DNA of 21,097 nucleotides. It comes from an uncultured virus (IMG/VR IMGVR_UViG_3300006148_000272). Lineage: Duplodnaviria; Heunggongvirae; Uroviricota; Caudoviricetes. The first letter of the stretch is position 1. Each line of letters starts with the position of its first letter. This document shows, piece by piece, positions 1 through 8,819 of the stretch. The notes beneath the pieces were generated by a model, which saw nothing but the letters and a program-made list of their open reading frames with translations, was not told the origin of the DNA and did no database searches. Made by a program: the position numbers and the translations under genes. Where the stretch lies: the IMG/VR virus record IMGVR_UViG_3300006148_000272; one strand, given 5' to 3'.

Positions 1-1
1 G

Positions 2-334
2 ACAAAACAGGCCCTGAACGCGGAATATAAACGGCGCCTGGCCCGCGTGGGGCGCATGGCCGCCGGATGGATGGCCGGAGCGGTATTGAGCGGACGGCAA
101 ACCGGCATCCCCGCCTGGGTGAAACGCCACGGAACCGGCGGCGGGCGGGCCCGGCTGGTGAACCGCCGTGGGAAGTGGGAAATAATCATTACCAATTCCA
201 CGGCCTACCACCCAAACATGAACTTTATTATCAATCAATTACTTGATGAAGTAGTGAAAGCCAAAATACGGAAGCGGGATGAAAAAGTGAAATCATGGCT
301 GCTGAAAAAGGCGCAGTGCACCATGAGGGGATAA
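2..334 (+). CDS. 3' part of a phage morphogenesis protein (basic, neck/tail-completion-like), truncated by the window edge
   Basis: The frame is open from base 2 (TKQALNAEYKRRLARVGRMAAGW...) to TAA at 332-334, so the GTG start at 47 is probably not real. Function is from context only. Confidence 0.55.
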   Translation, partial: TKQALNAEYKRRLARVGRMAAGWMAGAVLSGRQTGIPAWVKRHGTGGGRARLVNRRGKWEIIITNSTAYHPNMNFIINQLLDEVVKAKIRKRDEKVKSWLLKKAQCTMRG

Positions 335-355
335 CCTCAAACATATCATGAAATC

Positions 356-1687
356 ATGATACCTATTTTCAAAGCAGGCGATCCTTTAAGCGCAGGAAAA
401 TTCAATGCGCTTGGTGACAGCATCCGCCACCTGTCAGAAAACGTCAGCACCGCAGGGGAAATGATGGTTCCGCAGCATTTTGACGCCCTGCCCCTGCCGG
501 AAATGGATTTTGCGGTCCTGTACCGGAAAGACGACGCGGGGGCCTGGGGCTGGTGTTGCCACCAGGGGCGCGTAATTGTTAAAGGAAAAGAAAATGTTGT
601 AGGGGAAAAAGAATGGACCCTGATTGCGGGCGATACCTATACCGGGGAAATCAAGCTTGTTGTCACGCTGGATGATGCCGGGGAATTTTCTTCCGGCGTG
701 GTCCAGGAAGGAACCGCCACGGAAGGAAGTGGAACCTCCCTGGAATTTTCGTTGGCTACCATTGGGGAAGAACTTATTTGGAGACATGCCGGGGGACCTG
801 TTTATATTATCCGCCCGGACGAAATTGTCATTAAAGCCGGGAAAGGAATTCAGGCGGAGGAAGACGAAGAAGACGGCGCAAACGGGAATAAAATAAAAAC
901 ATGGAAGATCAGCGCCTTGATTGAAGACGCGAAAGAACCTTCCAGCGCGGACTGTTCGCTGATTTACGAAGAAAAGGAAGACGGCGGGAACACTGATGGA
1001 GATCCTTATAAGCTTAAATTGTTATGTTCTTCTGACGGGTCCGTCAACATTGAGGACAAAGAAGGGAAGCTGTCTTTATCCGCCCAAAAAGTGGAACCTG
1101 GGGATGGGCTGGAATGGAAAAAGGACAAGGACCAGGACGGGAATGACATTGATACGCAGATTTTACAGATCAGGATTGATTCAACGGCGGTAGATTCCAA
1201 AACGCCGGGGGAAAATGGAAAATGGCCGCTGTCTTTGTCAGTATCTCCGGAGGGTTTGGCCGGGGAACTTGATTTAACGGTAGATACCAGCGTTCATGAT
1301 TTAGGTGGAGGCGCTAAGGTAGGATTGTCCACGGAGGCAGGGGCTCTTTCTCTTATAGTTACTCCTGGGGGCGACGCGGAAGAATTGAGTTTTCGCACCC
1401 CTTTGCGGAAAAATGGAAAATATGTGGTGCTGGATTATGAATCAAGTTGGTCTGATGCTGTCAACGGTGTGAAGGCAGGCTTGTTTATCCGGAATAATAA
1501 ATTGGCTGTGGAGCTGTACGCGGAAACGGCGCCGGATGGCTCTGATAGTCTTATAAGCGATTCCTGGACCGCTCTTGTATGCGACAGCGACCATGCAATA
1601 CGCCTGCACCGGGACGAAAACGGAAAAATCTATATCCAGCAGGGGGAATGGATTGTGACCTCCAAAATTTATTCACCGATAAATTAA
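356..1687 (+). CDS. putative tail/baseplate fibre-like structural protein (443 aa)
   Basis: Long acidic, Gly/Asp-rich ORF. The N-terminus FKAGDPLSAGKFNAL resembles the F-x-x-G-x-x-L-x-A-x-x-x-N anchor seen in tail fibres. It has fibre-shaft-like segments (AGKGI, PGDGL) and lies in the tail module. Confidence 0.5.
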   Translation: MIPIFKAGDPLSAGKFNALGDSIRHLSENVSTAGEMMVPQHFDALPLPEMDFAVLYRKDDAGAWGWCCHQGRVIVKGKENVVGEKEWTLIAGDTYTGEIKLVVTLDDAGEFSSGVVQEGTATEGSGTSLEFSLATIGEELIWRHAGGPVYIIRPDEIVIKAGKGIQAEEDEEDGANGNKIKTWKISALIEDAKEPSSADCSLIYEEKEDGGNTDGDPYKLKLLCSSDGSVNIEDKEGKLSLSAQKVEPGDGLEWKKDKDQDGNDIDTQILQIRIDSTAVDSKTPGENGKWPLSLSVSPEGLAGELDLTVDTSVHDLGGGAKVGLSTEAGALSLIVTPGGDAEELSFRTPLRKNGKYVVLDYESSWSDAVNGVKAGLFIRNNKLAVELYAETAPDGSDSLISDSWTALVCDSDHAIRLHRDENGKIYIQQGEWIVTSKIYSPIN

Positions 1688-1691
1688 ATAA

Positions 1692-2450
1692 ATGAACTAC
1701 GCAATATTTTTATATCGAGACGATCACCAATGCTTGAAAATATGCATGGAACAAATACGGAGAATAGACCAGGCCGCCCAATTTTATTTATTTGATGACG
1801 CGGCGAAGCCTTTATTTCCGGCACAAGTCCCCACGGGGAACGATATATTTTACAAAATCACCTATTTTGCCCGCGGGGGGAACCTGAACGGCCTGGAATG
1901 CGTGCGCGGCATGCTGGGGTGCATGCTGGACATCCCAGGGGATGATCCGGTCATCAAGATTGACGCTGATACGCTGCTCATGGATCCGGCGGAAATCACG
2001 CGCAGCCTGAAAGACCGCGGAAAGGTGGCGGGAGGGATGCAATGCCGTGTTCCGCTTGCCTGGGCCGGCTGCTGCTACTGGATCACGCGGGCGGCCATCA
2101 AAGCCGCGCTGGAATTGCTGTCCCGGCGGGAATGGCCGGAAAATGCCCGTCAGGAATATCCGGAAGACCAGACCATTTCAAAAATTCTGTTATACCTGTA
2201 CGGGTCCGCCGGGGTGGACGTGCTGGAATTCCGGGGCGGGCGGCGTCTGATTGGCGTCCGGACGTGTGATCCGCGCGATCTGGCGGAAATCGCCCGCCTG
2301 GCGCGCGGCGGCGTGTGCGCGGTGCATTGCGGGCAAATGGCGTTTTATCATCCTATTGTGGAGCGTGACGGAGGGACGATCCGGGAAGCGTGCGCGCGGA
2401 TCATGGAAGCCGTGCTGGAAGGGAAGCTGAAAGAGAAAGAGGGGATATAG
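1692..2450 (+). CDS. putative GT-A fold glycosyltransferase (252 aa)
   Basis: N-terminal beta-alpha pattern (YAIFLYRDD...CMEQIRR...FYLFDDA), DxD motif after a hydrophobic strand (VIKIDADTLL), GCCYWITR, a later ED (YPEDQTI) and C-terminal VHCG. Confidence 0.65.
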   Translation: MNYAIFLYRDDHQCLKICMEQIRRIDQAAQFYLFDDAAKPLFPAQVPTGNDIFYKITYFARGGNLNGLECVRGMLGCMLDIPGDDPVIKIDADTLLMDPAEITRSLKDRGKVAGGMQCRVPLAWAGCCYWITRAAIKAALELLSRREWPENARQEYPEDQTISKILLYLYGSAGVDVLEFRGGRRLIGVRTCDPRDLAEIARLARGGVCAVHCGQMAFYHPIVERDGGTIREACARIMEAVLEGKLKEKEGI

Positions 2451-2458
2451 TTATATGC
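2430..2458 (+). promoter_or_regulatory. repeated 29-bp initiation element, copy 1 (AAAGAGA-NN-GAGGGGATATAGTTATATGC)
   Basis: 27/29 identical to 7137-7165. Contains the ATG of the downstream gene at 2455. Confidence 0.7.
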
Positions 2459-2913
2459 GTGAAATAACCAATACCACATCCATTGTTTCCGGCGATCTGC
2501 CCCAGGCGGAAGTGAACGGCCTGAAAGTCCGCCCTATCAGCCTGTCAAGCATGGCTATGCTGGAACTCCTGAATAACTCCTGCCTGACTCAACTGAACCG
2601 CCGCCGGGAAGGTCCATCGTTGGAAGACGGCGCGGAGCCTGCGGAAAATCCTCCGGAAAAAATGAGCATGTACGCCCTGGCGGAATTTGTCTGGATCCAC
2701 GCGGCGCCGGAAGAAGACGTGGTGCGGCTGGTGGCCGGCGGCGGTTTTGACGATGCGGCAGCCATCCGCCGGGCCGTCCTGGCCTTTGCCGGAAAAGTGG
2801 GTTTTGGCGCGCTGGGGAAAATTGTGGAGGGCATGACGCGCGAAATGAACGCGATCATGTCTGCCCAGGCGGAGGGGATCAAGGATCCGGACGGGGCGCC
2901 CTCAAAAAACTAG
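2455..2913 (+). CDS. tail assembly chaperone (G-like, 152 aa)
   Basis: Small acidic ORF in the tail module ending ...PSKN*. The slippery heptamer A-AAA-AAC (2904-2910) lies immediately before the stop. Confidence 0.75.
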   Translation: MREITNTTSIVSGDLPQAEVNGLKVRPISLSSMAMLELLNNSCLTQLNRRREGPSLEDGAEPAENPPEKMSMYALAEFVWIHAAPEEDVVRLVAGGGFDDAAAIRRAVLAFAGKVGFGALGKIVEGMTREMNAIMSAQAEGIKDPDGAPSKN

Positions 2914-2967
2914 CGGAGCCGGACGGGTGGGCGGGATTGATTATGATCATGGCCCGCGCGACCGGCT
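2904..2967 (+). promoter_or_regulatory. programmed -1 ribosomal frameshift signal (A AAA AAC plus downstream stem-loop)
   Basis: In-frame X-XXY-YYZ heptamer, then a 6-nt spacer. AGCCGG (2917-22) pairs with CCGGCT (2962-67) and GCGGG (2931-35) with CCCGC (2953-57). The -1 frame is open to 3155. Confidence 0.75.
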
Positions 2968-3155
2968 GGACGGAATACTATATCAAGCACATGCCGTTGA
3001 AAATCCTGCTCCAATACGTCCATGCGTGGCTGGTCCAGGAAGGCAATGCTACCCGCTGGGCCTATGCGGACCGGGCAAAACAACGTGCCATGCGTTCCCG
3101 GATTGCTGAAATCATCGAACAGGACAATTCATTTTTAGCTACTTATGGCGATTGA
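2910..3155 (+). CDS. -1 frame extension of the tail assembly chaperone (T part of a ~233-aa GT fusion)
   Basis: The -1 frame reads LAEPDGWAGLIMIMARATGWTEYYIKHMPL..., the same frame as ORF 2937..3155. The GW-x6-MPL pattern resembles frameshifted chaperone extensions. Confidence 0.7.
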   Translation, partial: LAEPDGWAGLIMIMARATGWTEYYIKHMPLKILLQYVHAWLVQEGNATRWAYADRAKQRAMRSRIAEIIEQDNSFLATYGD

Positions 3156-3897
3156 ACAAGTACAGCGCAGTTATTGCGTAGTCAATAAAGGGAAAGGGGA
3201 ACCTGTCTCCGGGGGCTATACGGAAGAAACCTGGGAAGGAACCTGGGCTGAAATGTGCGCCTATGCGGCCCGCCAATCAGCCGCCGGCGGGGATTTGTGG
3301 AATATCACAGCCACCGTTACCCGGAAAGCCGGGGATTTTGCGGAATGCCGGGTGCGCCGCCAGGCCATGGACGGGAAGGAAGAGGAAGAATTTGAAATGC
3401 CGGGAAGCACCCGTGAAAGTCCGCAGTATTCCCTTTCCGTGACTTGCGTGCCGCAGCCCATTTTAACGCACAAACTCGCGGAAAGCTATTCCGGGGAGAA
3501 GTTGGACGCCCTGAAAAGGCTGGTGAACGGGGGTTGCATGGGGACCAAGATTGACATATCGAAAGACGGGCAGCCGGTCACACAAAAGACCATTAGAAGC
3601 ATTCTTGGGGATGATAACAGTAAATTGATTGAAAAGATAAAAAAGGGCATCACGAGCTTTTACAGCCCGCAAATTGTGCTGCAAGTCCGTTACAAAGTAA
3701 CGGATCCCGGAACGATCAATTATCAGAAAGCCTGCACGATTGCCGCGCCGCCGGGGCCGTTTGAATCCCCCTCCGGAAAATTCAACTGGATGAGTATGGG
3801 AACGTCCGTGGAAGGATACGGGAAGGAATGGCAAGTAACTGATACATACATGCTTTCCGGTCCGGACGGCTGGGACGAAGACATCTACGACAAATAA
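3145..3897 (+). CDS. phage tail structural protein (250 aa; tail tip/hub-like, unassigned)
   Basis: Overlaps the previous stop, beta-rich composition, ends WQVTDTYMLSGPDGWDEDIY, lies in the tail module. Confidence 0.5.
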   Translation: MAIEQVQRSYCVVNKGKGEPVSGGYTEETWEGTWAEMCAYAARQSAAGGDLWNITATVTRKAGDFAECRVRRQAMDGKEEEEFEMPGSTRESPQYSLSVTCVPQPILTHKLAESYSGEKLDALKRLVNGGCMGTKIDISKDGQPVTQKTIRSILGDDNSKLIEKIKKGITSFYSPQIVLQVRYKVTDPGTINYQKACTIAAPPGPFESPSGKFNWMSMGTSVEGYGKEWQVTDTYMLSGPDGWDEDIYDK

Positions 3898-3900
3898 ACC

Positions 3901-4317
3901 ATGAATACCGAAATTGTTGCACAAATTATTGCGGAGGCGCTTCAGGAACGCCCGGAATTCGCCGGCGTGCCTGTCTGGGAACCAACGGACGGCGAAAAGG
4001 AAGGGGACAAGGCCCTTCTGGTGAATGTAACTGGCGCGGATGAAATCATTTCCGGAAATTTCACCTACCAAATTTCCGGGGAAATCATGTACCGGCAACG
4101 GTACGCGGAAGCGGAGCCCGCCGCCCTGGTGCTGGACGTAACTGCCTTTTCCCGCGCCTGCGCGGAAGTCATGGCCGCGCTTGCCGGACGCCGGAACGGC
4201 CAGGACGCGCCCGCCGCCTGGGCAGTCCTGGGGGCGTCATCATCCCCCGCGCTTGCCGGCACATCGGAAACGTTCATGGTTTATAAGTGCAGTTACGAAT
4301 TATTCATTCAATTTTAA
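3901..4317 (+). CDS. putative tail completion/terminator-like protein (138 aa)
   Basis: Size, N-terminal helix followed by strands, C-terminal strand YKCSYELFIQF, and context. Confidence 0.45.
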   Translation: MNTEIVAQIIAEALQERPEFAGVPVWEPTDGEKEGDKALLVNVTGADEIISGNFTYQISGEIMYRQRYAEAEPAALVLDVTAFSRACAEVMAALAGRRNGQDAPAAWAVLGASSSPALAGTSETFMVYKCSYELFIQF

Positions 4318-4332
4318 CAAATTATCAATATT

Positions 4333-4782
4333 ATGCCGGATAAAAAAAACGAAGACGGCGGCGCCATCCTGACGCCGGAAGATTTTGACAGCACGCGCAA
4401 CACGGAACTTGCCGCGTGCCTGATCACATTGGGGTTCCCCCTCCTGAACAACACGCCGGGCTTTTCCCGCGTGATTGGCGAAGGGATCGCCGGGCCCGGC
4501 GGGGCGGTCACCTGGTGGTTTGGGAAACGCAGCCGGGATGGGAAATACACCATGGGAGAAGTGCTTGCGCGCTGGGAAGACTGGGACTGGCTGAACGATC
4601 CGAACAACCTTGATCCTCTGGCCTATATCATCACAGGCTTTCACAACAAGCGGCGGCTGGTGGACGAAGTGAAAAAGCGGGAAGTCATGGTGCTTGTGCA
4701 ATCCGGCGCCCGCCATGCCCTGTTTTCCAAAAACTGTTCCCGCGCCACCCTGGACCGGGTAGAGCGATTCATAGGATTTTAA
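4333..4782 (+). CDS. hypothetical phage protein (149 aa; DUF5659-like motif)
   Basis: STRNTELAACLITLGFPL resembles the T-x-D/N-x-x-LAA-x-L-x-x-x-GF motif of small phage proteins. ATG start after an AT-rich leader. Confidence 0.45.
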   Translation: MPDKKNEDGGAILTPEDFDSTRNTELAACLITLGFPLLNNTPGFSRVIGEGIAGPGGAVTWWFGKRSRDGKYTMGEVLARWEDWDWLNDPNNLDPLAYIITGFHNKRRLVDEVKKREVMVLVQSGARHALFSKNCSRATLDRVERFIGF

Positions 4783-4794
4783 CCGTTGGAAGCA

Positions 4795-7131
4795 ATGCCT
4801 GACGTAACTGTAACGCTGGGAGCGGATGCCGCTGAATTCAAGCAGGCATTGACGGAAATTCAAGAATCTGTGGATGCCCTGGCGAATTCCACCACAGCTA
4901 AAACGGCCCGGATTGGCCTTGCATTTTTCGGCGCGAAAGACATGGTTTCTACAGCGGGAGCCGCTATTGGCCGCGCTGTTCAAAAAGCCTTTGATTTTGT
5001 CGCGCCGTCTGCGGCCATCCAGCGCGTGGAACGTGAATTGACGGGCCTGACAGGCAGCGCGGATGAAGCAAAGCGCATCCTTGAAACCATCAATGACTGG
5101 GCCCTGACCTCCCAATATACCCCCACGGAAATGTTCAAAAACGCCGCCCAGTTAATCCGCGGCGGCATTTCCGAAAGTTTTGCACCTGATCTGGTCCGCC
5201 AGCTTGCCACGATCGCCCAGGGGGACCAAAGCAAAATGAATGCCCTGGTGGCCGCCATGGTCAAGGGTTCCGGGGGGCTGAAAGGTTTTAATTCTGAAAT
5301 CATGGAGGCATTCAACGCCGCCCAGGTGGATCTGATGGGAGCCATGGAAAAAACGTCCGGACTTTCAGGCTATGCCCTCCAGGAGAAACTGAAAGAAGGA
5401 ATTGGATTTGATGACGTGGCCGCCGCCATCCGGGAGCTTGCCAAGGAAGACGGCCCCCTGAAAGACGCGGAAAAGGAAGTGGGGAAAAGCTGGGAAGGGT
5501 TGCTAAAACGGGCGGAAAACGCCTGGGGCAACCTGCAGGAAAATTTTGGCGCCGGCTTGCTGGGGCCGTTAAGCGCCCTTTTGGAACAAGTGGACACCCG
5601 GCTGGTAAAATGGGAGGACGGGGCCACGGAATGGGGCCAAAAAACGGGAATTTTTTTGTTTCGGGCCGCGGATGCAGCCCTGGCGTTAGGCGAGGCGGCA
5701 GGGTATGCCCTGCCCCTCATTGTGGACAACGCAGATCATGTCTCTACGGCTGTACTAGGTATTGGGGTGGCGTTTCTCACGTCCCGGTCTCAAATGGTGG
5801 CCGCCATGGCGCAGACAAAGGGCAGCCTGACGTCCATGTCCTCCTGGGTATTGCTCGCCAAAGGCAGCTGGGCGGGATTGTGGAATGCCATCCGGACGGG
5901 CGCCGCCACGGCGGCGGGCGTGGTCCGCGCCGCAGCGGCGGGAATCGCGGCATCCGTCCGCGCGGCCATGGTCGCCATCAAGGGCGCCATTATTTCAACG
6001 GGGGTAGGTTTGGCCGTGGTGGCGATTGGTGAAGGGATCTCTTACATTTACCGGCAACTTTCCGGAGCGCCGGCAGCCCCCGCCGGCGGGGATAATGACC
6101 AGGAAGCCCGCACCCGTGCGGGCGATCGCGTAAGAAAAGGACAATTTCTTGATAATGAGTGGAGGGCGTATGAAGAAGGCATGAAAAATGCCAACACGGA
6201 AACGGATGTGGACGCCGTGGGGAACAGGATCTTGAACAATTTGCGCCGCGCGGAAGAAGAACTGGAATATGTCGCCAAGACCGCCGGCGAAGAATCGGAG
6301 GAATGGAAGGATCAGGCCGCCGTGGTGGGGAGCCTGACGGATCTTTACACCCTTTATCAATCGTCCCGTGAAGAAGCCCTGGCCCGGATCCGGGAACAGG
6401 CCGCCGCGGAAAAACGCCTGGCAGAACTCGCCAAGGAACGGGAAAAGGCGGAAAGGGAAGCGGAGCAGAACCGGAAGAAACTCCGGGAACTGGAAGCCTC
6501 CTGGATGAAAAGCGAATCTGACCGTACCTATAAGAAAAAGAGCCTCCGGGAACGCGGGGAATGGCTGGACCGGGAAGCCCGCGGCATGGGTTCCGAGCCC
6601 GGCATGGCCGGCATCACGTCCCGCATTGCCGAATTGTCCCGGCAGGAACCTACGGATGCCGTGATGAATCAAATTAAGGCCCTGGACGATTTGAGGAAAA
6701 AATATGCAGAACTGTCTGACGCCAGAAAAGATTATGAAAAAATGGAATCCGGGGCGCGCCGGAATCAGGAGTTAATGGCCGCGGAAATAGCGGGGCTTGA
6801 TCAACGGGCGCAAAAGATCCGGGATGAAATAGCCCTGCGGGAAAAAACGAAAAGCTACCAGGACGCCGGCATGGATGAAAAGGACGCCGCTGAAATGGCC
6901 CGGCGCGACGTAGCGCTTGAACGGACCCAGACCAGGCAGAAATCCCTGGGAGACGGCCCCGGCCTGAATGACATTATCAAACAAAGCGGCGTTGAGGTAG
7001 GCAACGGCGGAAAGAGCCTGGGCCTGTCATCCTCGCTCCTGTCGGCAACGGAAAAGCAAACATTGACGTTGAAGGACATACAAAGGATTCTTGAAACCTG
7101 GAAGCCCGGCCAGATCGTCCTGGCCGAGTAA
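4795..7131 (+). CDS. tail tape measure protein (~778 aa)
   Basis: Starts MPDVTVTLGADAAEF (ATG 4795, preferred over TTG 4786). Tape-measure domain LTGSADEAKRILETINDWALTSQYTPTEM, Ala/Gly-rich hydrophobic middle, coiled-coil C-terminal half. Confidence 0.9.
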   Translation: MPDVTVTLGADAAEFKQALTEIQESVDALANSTTAKTARIGLAFFGAKDMVSTAGAAIGRAVQKAFDFVAPSAAIQRVERELTGLTGSADEAKRILETINDWALTSQYTPTEMFKNAAQLIRGGISESFAPDLVRQLATIAQGDQSKMNALVAAMVKGSGGLKGFNSEIMEAFNAAQVDLMGAMEKTSGLSGYALQEKLKEGIGFDDVAAAIRELAKEDGPLKDAEKEVGKSWEGLLKRAENAWGNLQENFGAGLLGPLSALLEQVDTRLVKWEDGATEWGQKTGIFLFRAADAALALGEAAGYALPLIVDNADHVSTAVLGIGVAFLTSRSQMVAAMAQTKGSLTSMSSWVLLAKGSWAGLWNAIRTGAATAAGVVRAAAAGIAASVRAAMVAIKGAIISTGVGLAVVAIGEGISYIYRQLSGAPAAPAGGDNDQEARTRAGDRVRKGQFLDNEWRAYEEGMKNANTETDVDAVGNRILNNLRRAEEELEYVAKTAGEESEEWKDQAAVVGSLTDLYTLYQSSREEALARIREQAAAEKRLAELAKEREKAEREAEQNRKKLRELEASWMKSESDRTYKKKSLRERGEWLDREARGMGSEPGMAGITSRIAELSRQEPTDAVMNQIKALDDLRKKYAELSDARKDYEKMESGARRNQELMAAEIAGLDQRAQKIRDEIALREKTKSYQDAGMDEKDAAEMARRDVALERTQTRQKSLGDGPGLNDIIKQSGVEVGNGGKSLGLSSSLLSATEKQTLTLKDIQRILETWKPGQIVLAE

Positions 7132-7136
7132 GGGCA

Positions 7137-7165
7137 AAAGAGACGGAGGGGATATAGTTATATGC
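7137..7165 (+). promoter_or_regulatory. repeated 29-bp initiation element, copy 2
   Basis: AAAGAGA-CG-GAGGGGATATAGTTATATGC fills the tape measure / fibre gap and includes ATG 7162. Confidence 0.7.
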
Positions 7166-8817
7166 AAGAGCCCGCTACATTCAATTTTTCCGCCACGGCA
7201 CATGTTCCGGGGGAGCTGGTTTTGACGCTTGATCCGCCGGAGGAAGTGGATCTGGCCGGTTGCGCGGTCCGCGCCGCCGTTGCTATGTCCGGCGGCTGTG
7301 TCCGGCTGCTGGATTGCAGCGCCGTCAATCCCGAAAATATTGTTGCCATCAATTTTCCCGGACTTTCCGCCGGCTGGGCTTTTTATGACGTGTTCCTGAC
7401 CTTCCCCGGAGGCGCGGAAATGCCGCTCCTGAAGGGGGAAATAGATATTGCCCAACGTGTCACGCCGGCGGATCCGCAACAACGGGCGGAATGGTACGTA
7501 ACGGCCACCCTGCCCGGTGCGGAAACGGGCCGGGTGGAAATTATTTTGGCACAAGGCCCCCGTGGCCCCCAAGGGCGGCCAGGGGACAAGGGAGAACCGG
7601 GAACCCTGGAATCCAACGTTGGCGATGTGGACATTGGAGGGGCCCTGACCGCTGAATCGGCTACCATCAACGGGCCATTGATCGCCGGGAGGCCGGATGG
7701 CACCGTCAGCGGGGGGACTTGTAATCAGATTTACGGCATCACGAGATTTTGGCAGTCCCTTGATGTTCGGGACGGGGGATGGTGGCGCGGAACAATAATG
7801 TACGAATCGGGCATGCTTAACATTGCCCAGGGGGCAAGCCTGAACTGTATTGGACCCGCCACTTTTGCAAGCACACTTAACGCTAATGGCGGCGTCAATA
7901 TTCCGCTTGCCGTGGGGGCACCGACAGCCACGGGGGTGGTTAATCGCCTGTACGCGGCGGGCATGGCCGGAGTGACAGACATTTTTTCCCTTCATTTTTA
8001 CCTTAATACGGGCAGTATTACAGCCACCGGGACGGCGCAAACTTCTGTTCTTGTCGCTGGGCTGTACGCGCGGGTGAACGTTCCTGCGAATACGCACAGC
8101 ACGATCGTTTGTGCTTTTACAGGACCGGCCGGGCAATGGAATTATTCTAGTTTTGCGGGTTTTTCTATCCCCTGGCAATTAACGGGCGCGGGAAAGTTGA
8201 CTATTGGCATAGGGAGGGGGAGCAAGGCGACGCGGAAAGATTTAACGCTGGATTCTTACAGTATCATCCCCGGAAATGATCTGGCCTACAATACCGGCGA
8301 AATTCTGGATATTACGTTTGACAATGAGCGCGATGCGGCGCGTGGCGGGTATGTCGTCCGCGTACGGGAAATATACGCAGCCGAGACCGCGCGGAAGTGG
8401 ATGGTAAAGACCACAACCAGCTTTATCCCGGCGACGCAAAACGAGCCAATTCCCTATATTGTCAATAAAGTCATTTATCATCAATATGCCCCCCGATCGT
8501 ACAATGCCGGGGATTATGGGGACGCCTATGGCTCATTGTATTTGATGACAGGCGGGGGAAGCAGTCAGCAACTTTGGAAGATTGCCGCGGTGCGCGGCGT
8601 GACCACTTTTGAAACGGGCACGGGATTTTCCACGCTTGTAACAGACATGCCGGGAATTTCCCGGGGATCTGTCAGCGTGTTTGTTGGGGCGGCGGAGCGC
8701 ACCAACTACCAGCCCGGCAACGTCAATCCGGTTTATTACGCTCTGGAAGCTTTGGCTGTCAATGCCATTGAATCCGAGGATACGGCTGATTTTGTGGACA
8801 TTAACATTCCCTTGTAA
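7162..8817 (+). CDS. tail fibre / receptor-binding protein (551 aa)
   Basis: Follows the tape measure gene. BppU-like N-terminus (FYDVFLTFPGG...LLKGEI), short collagen stretch QGPRGPQGRPGDKGEPG, Gly/Thr-rich beta-type C-terminal region. Confidence 0.75.
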   Translation: MQEPATFNFSATAHVPGELVLTLDPPEEVDLAGCAVRAAVAMSGGCVRLLDCSAVNPENIVAINFPGLSAGWAFYDVFLTFPGGAEMPLLKGEIDIAQRVTPADPQQRAEWYVTATLPGAETGRVEIILAQGPRGPQGRPGDKGEPGTLESNVGDVDIGGALTAESATINGPLIAGRPDGTVSGGTCNQIYGITRFWQSLDVRDGGWWRGTIMYESGMLNIAQGASLNCIGPATFASTLNANGGVNIPLAVGAPTATGVVNRLYAAGMAGVTDIFSLHFYLNTGSITATGTAQTSVLVAGLYARVNVPANTHSTIVCAFTGPAGQWNYSSFAGFSIPWQLTGAGKLTIGIGRGSKATRKDLTLDSYSIIPGNDLAYNTGEILDITFDNERDAARGGYVVRVREIYAAETARKWMVKTTTSFIPATQNEPIPYIVNKVIYHQYAPRSYNAGDYGDAYGSLYLMTGGGSSQQLWKIAAVRGVTTFETGTGFSTLVTDMPGISRGSVSVFVGAAERTNYQPGNVNPVYYALEALAVNAIESEDTADFVDINIPL

Positions 8818-8819
8818 TC

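Noticed and set aside
1692..2450. gtrABC-type serotype conversion locus
   Set aside because: No flippase or polytopic membrane partners, and the gene sits inside the late operon.
7027..8178. 383-aa antisense ORF, and similar ones at 4300..5115, 5995..6672, 19523..20161 and 20236..20946
   Set aside because: Shadows of well-supported + strand genes in GC-rich DNA, with no recognisable motifs.
7162..8817. Diversity-generating retroelement or invertible fibre cassette
   Set aside because: No reverse transcriptase, TR/VR pair, invertase or inverted fibre fragments seen in the window.
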